From positions 2,516,282 through 2,580,281 of the forward strand of contig MU054400.1 of NCBI GenBank assembly GCA_013239625.1: 64,000 nt of DNA, read 5' to 3'. The translations under genes were made by a program, and so were the position numbers. A model generated the notes under the pieces. That model saw nothing but the letters and a program-made list of their open reading frames with translations. It was not told where the DNA came from and searched no databases. This document shows positions 60,891 to 64,000 of the stretch, piece by piece. Each line of letters starts with the position of its first letter. Position 1 is the first letter of the stretch. Origin of the DNA: Lama guanicoe (lineage: Eukaryota).

Positions 60891-61634
60891 AGCCCCTTCT
60901 CCTGGGCTTCTGCCTTGGCTCCTGCCAAGCCTTCTTGGACCTGTGGTCTTGGCTTTGATTATCAGCCTGGTAGCTGGGTCCCTGCTGCCTAAGGACAGAC
61001 ATCCCTGAGGCCGGCTCCTGGTCAGTCTTTACGCTGTGTCCACTACCCAATTTCTAACCATTGTCCTCTGTTCACATTAATGGGACATCTTTCCCCTTGA
61101 TTAGAGCTATATGATGCCCCCTGCTTTATCACATCTCTGCTGCTCTGCACCCAGATAGCACACAGCTTTCCCGAGAGGACTTCCAGCGCTTGCGGAGGGC
61201 CCGCCCTCCTGGAGCCTCACCCGCAGTGGGCAAGGTCAGGTCCTGGTTCTGGACCCTAACAACATGTCCTTAGGTAACAGGGCTGTGCCCCGCTGGGTTC
61301 TGAGAAGTGATGTCAGCAGTGGACTTGGCCATCCTAGGACCTAATTAAATTGAACTGTTTAGCGCCAGGGCTTGGCACTTGTTTTAACTTTAAGGGTCAC
61401 AGGACTGTCATTGCAAGCCCAAGATACAGGCAGAAAGGGGCAGGAAGTCAGAGGAAAAATAAAGAAATGAAGGAAGAGGGAAAGAAAGGGGAGTAATGTG
61501 CACACTGGAGGGAGTGCCTGCCTTCCTCAGGACCTGTTTGACTAGACACCCCCCTGGCCAACGAGCTGTCATCAGAACGGACGTGCCATAGAAGCATATT
61601 TGGAATCTAGGGGCTCTTCAGCAAGCCGAGTGGA

Positions 61635-61850
61635 CGGGTGGAGAGAACATCGGGTTTGACTTCAGACAAACCTGAGTTTGCCTCTCGGCTCTGCTCCTCG
61701 TGAGCTAAGTAATCTTGGGCAAGCTACTTGATCTTTCAAGCCTGTTTTCTCAGTTCTAGTGTGGGGATAACAACACCAATTTCTAATGAGACAATGCATG
61801 TAAAATACCCAGTGACATGTCTGGCATAAAGCAGGTGCTCAATAGGTGGT
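61635..61850 (+). mobile_element. MIR SINE
   Basis: cagacaaacctgagtttg...tcttgggcaagctactt...tctggcataaagcaggtgctcaata. Confidence 0.75.
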
Positions 61851-62057
61851 GGCTCTGTGCCCCTTTTTCCTTGTCACTGTTCTCTGTCACAGCACCAGGC
61901 CAGAGAGTCTTGGTGGCTTTGCAGAACCATTTGCTGCTTTCCCCAGATGGCGACTTGAAGCAGCAGGTTTCTGCAAGCTGCCCAGTGTCCAGGTGTCCCC
62001 AGATCAGCCTGTGTGTGGCTGCTACCATTGGCTCAATTGCCGAAAAAAATTTAAAAA

Positions 62058-62097
62058 TTTTTTATTAAAGTATAGTTGATTTACAAGTTAGTTTCAG

Positions 62098-62135
<38 letters not shown>

Positions 62136-62382
62136 TCTTTTCAGATTCTTTTCCATTATATTCCTTTAGGTTTCTTTTCCATTATATGTTATTACAAGAA
62201 ATTAAATACAGTTCCCTGTGCTGTACAGTAGATCCTTGTTGTTTATCTAGTTTATACACAGTAATGTGTGCCTCTTAATCCCCAACCCCTCATCTATTCC
62301 TCCCCCTCCCCCTTTCCCCTTTGGTAACCCTAGTTTGTTTTCTATGTCCTTGAGTCTGTTTTTGGTTTGTAAATAGAATTTG
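62058..62382 (-). mobile_element. 5'-truncated lineage L1 containing (CA)n
   Basis: Same family as 53080-53502 (agttccctgtgctgtacagtag; ctttggtaaccctagtttg); (CA)n at 62101-62132. Confidence 0.85.
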
Positions 62383-64000
62383 AATTACAAATTCTGTTAC
62401 AAACCAAAATGTCTCTTAAAGGGAGCAGTTGCATACAAACGTGCTCGTCAGATGGGTGGCATATTTATATCCTCGTAGGTAGCCAACTTCCAGGGGCACT
62501 GTCATTGGAAATGACAGAATGGAGAAGCAAGCAACCTCTTCCCTCTGCCCTCCCAAACCTAGGGCACCCTCTAGAAATCAGGTGAGCCTTTCCATGAGGA
62601 GAAAGTATTGCAAGTGTGGCAGGATGCACAGCAGCCTTTTTTCTCATGAACCTGTGTGCACATAAAAATAGTCAACGAATATTTACTGGGCTTCTGCTAC
62701 ATGCCAGCCACTGCATGCGGGACACAGTATTGAAGGATGCACGGGCCATTCTCTCCTCTTACAAGGAAACACAGCACAGAACAATGGTCTGTTTATATAT
62801 TAAAATCTAGAGTCAGGTGAAGAGCTTTCAGACACAGAGTGAAAAATAGGTTGTTATTTATGAATTGGGCACCTTTGTCTTGCTGTTTGCTAACAGAGCA
62901 TACCTTATGCAAAATTCATTTTCCCACCACAAAACATGTGATCAAAGACCATCAGTCATTTGGTTTCAAGGCAAATGAGCAACTGGCAATTGGCAAGAGC
63001 TTGTATGATTCTGTTTTGGAGAGATCTGTGCTGCCCCGGGAGAGCACTGCTGATAGCTGTACCCGTTACAGGGAACTCCAGCGGACTAGACTTTGAACTT
63101 CTGGTCCTTTTGGGGAAAAGGGAAGGAAAGCAATGCTGTCGCTGTCACTAGGAGGGAGCCTTGTCTAATGGTGAAAACACAGATGTGGGATTTAGCTGTC
63201 ATAAATCCTTCTGCCAATGACCCCAAAGTGGGGCTTACGTCTCCCTCACCCTGCCTCAGTTCCCCCTTCCTGTAAAAGCAGAGAGCAAACCAAGGACTTA
63301 AGAGTCAGAAAACATATATTCCAATCCTGGCTCCACTATGTAGACTTGAGAGAAGTTTGATGTTTGAAAATTCTGTTTCCTTCTAAGTCACTAAGTTCTG
63401 TCTTTCAGAGTTTGCGGTCCTTGAAATCAAGAAATGAAACTTCTCTCTTCAGCCCATTGTAGAATAAGCCCCCAAATCCTGCTTGCTGAATAAGTCAATG
63501 AACCACAGCACTGAAGTTTGGCTTCATCTATTTCAAGTGCCTTGAGCCCATGGAGCGATACCTGTATGGACCTGCCAATAGTCTTTCAAGGCACCACCTG
63601 GGCTCCTTACAGTGATGGGCACGCCAGCAGGGTTTGGTGTTTCCTTCGGAGAATGGACACAGTCATCTCTCATCTATTTCACGTGGATTAGCTTCTCTGA
63701 AAGGCCATTTTCCAACATTGCTTCCTTCATCTTGTGGACGCCACCCTACTCCTGGACCCCACCAGGTGAGTGTCTCCAGGTGTGTTTTTTCTACCAAAGG
63801 ACTGAACCAAATTTGAAACTGACTTTGTCACTGGCCATCTCTGTGACTTTGGATGAGTTACCCAATCTCTGAGAATCTCAGTTTTTCCACTTGCTTTGAG
63901 GGGAGGATATTCCTGTGTTGCTTCTCTCTCTCCCATCCCATGGCAGGGCAGTAGTGGAAATCAAATGAGATATTTTTTTGTGTGTGTGTGTGAAGAGAGT

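Noticed and set aside
1..64000. CRISPR array, operons or other prokaryotic systems
   Set aside because: Mammalian repeat landscape with no repeat-spacer array or dense coding

Overview
Mammalian non-coding DNA, most likely from a camelid: three tRNA-Ala(AGC)-derived SINEs have the camelid Vic-1-type structure. I found no protein-coding gene, genuine RNA gene or recognisable pseudogene, and the supplied ORFs look like chance ORFs, many inside repeats. Much of the window is interspersed repeat (L1, L2, L3, MIR, hAT/Tigger DNA transposons, solo LTRs), several with readable target-site duplications (TSDs). Family names are from remembered consensus sequences, not a database search, and boundaries without TSDs are approximate. 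The best-supported observations are a nested stack of three LTRs inside an old L1 at 37.5-39 kb, a fold-back hairpin at a truncated L1 end (62.4 kb) and a KLF-site minisatellite (10.8 kb). More inferential are divergent CTCF motifs (18-27 kb), an old L1 fragment that appears to have gained GC/CpG beside a CpG-rich element (26.8-27.7 kb), homeodomain-motif clusters and a few orphan exon candidates. I cannot support a novel biological system from this sequence alone.
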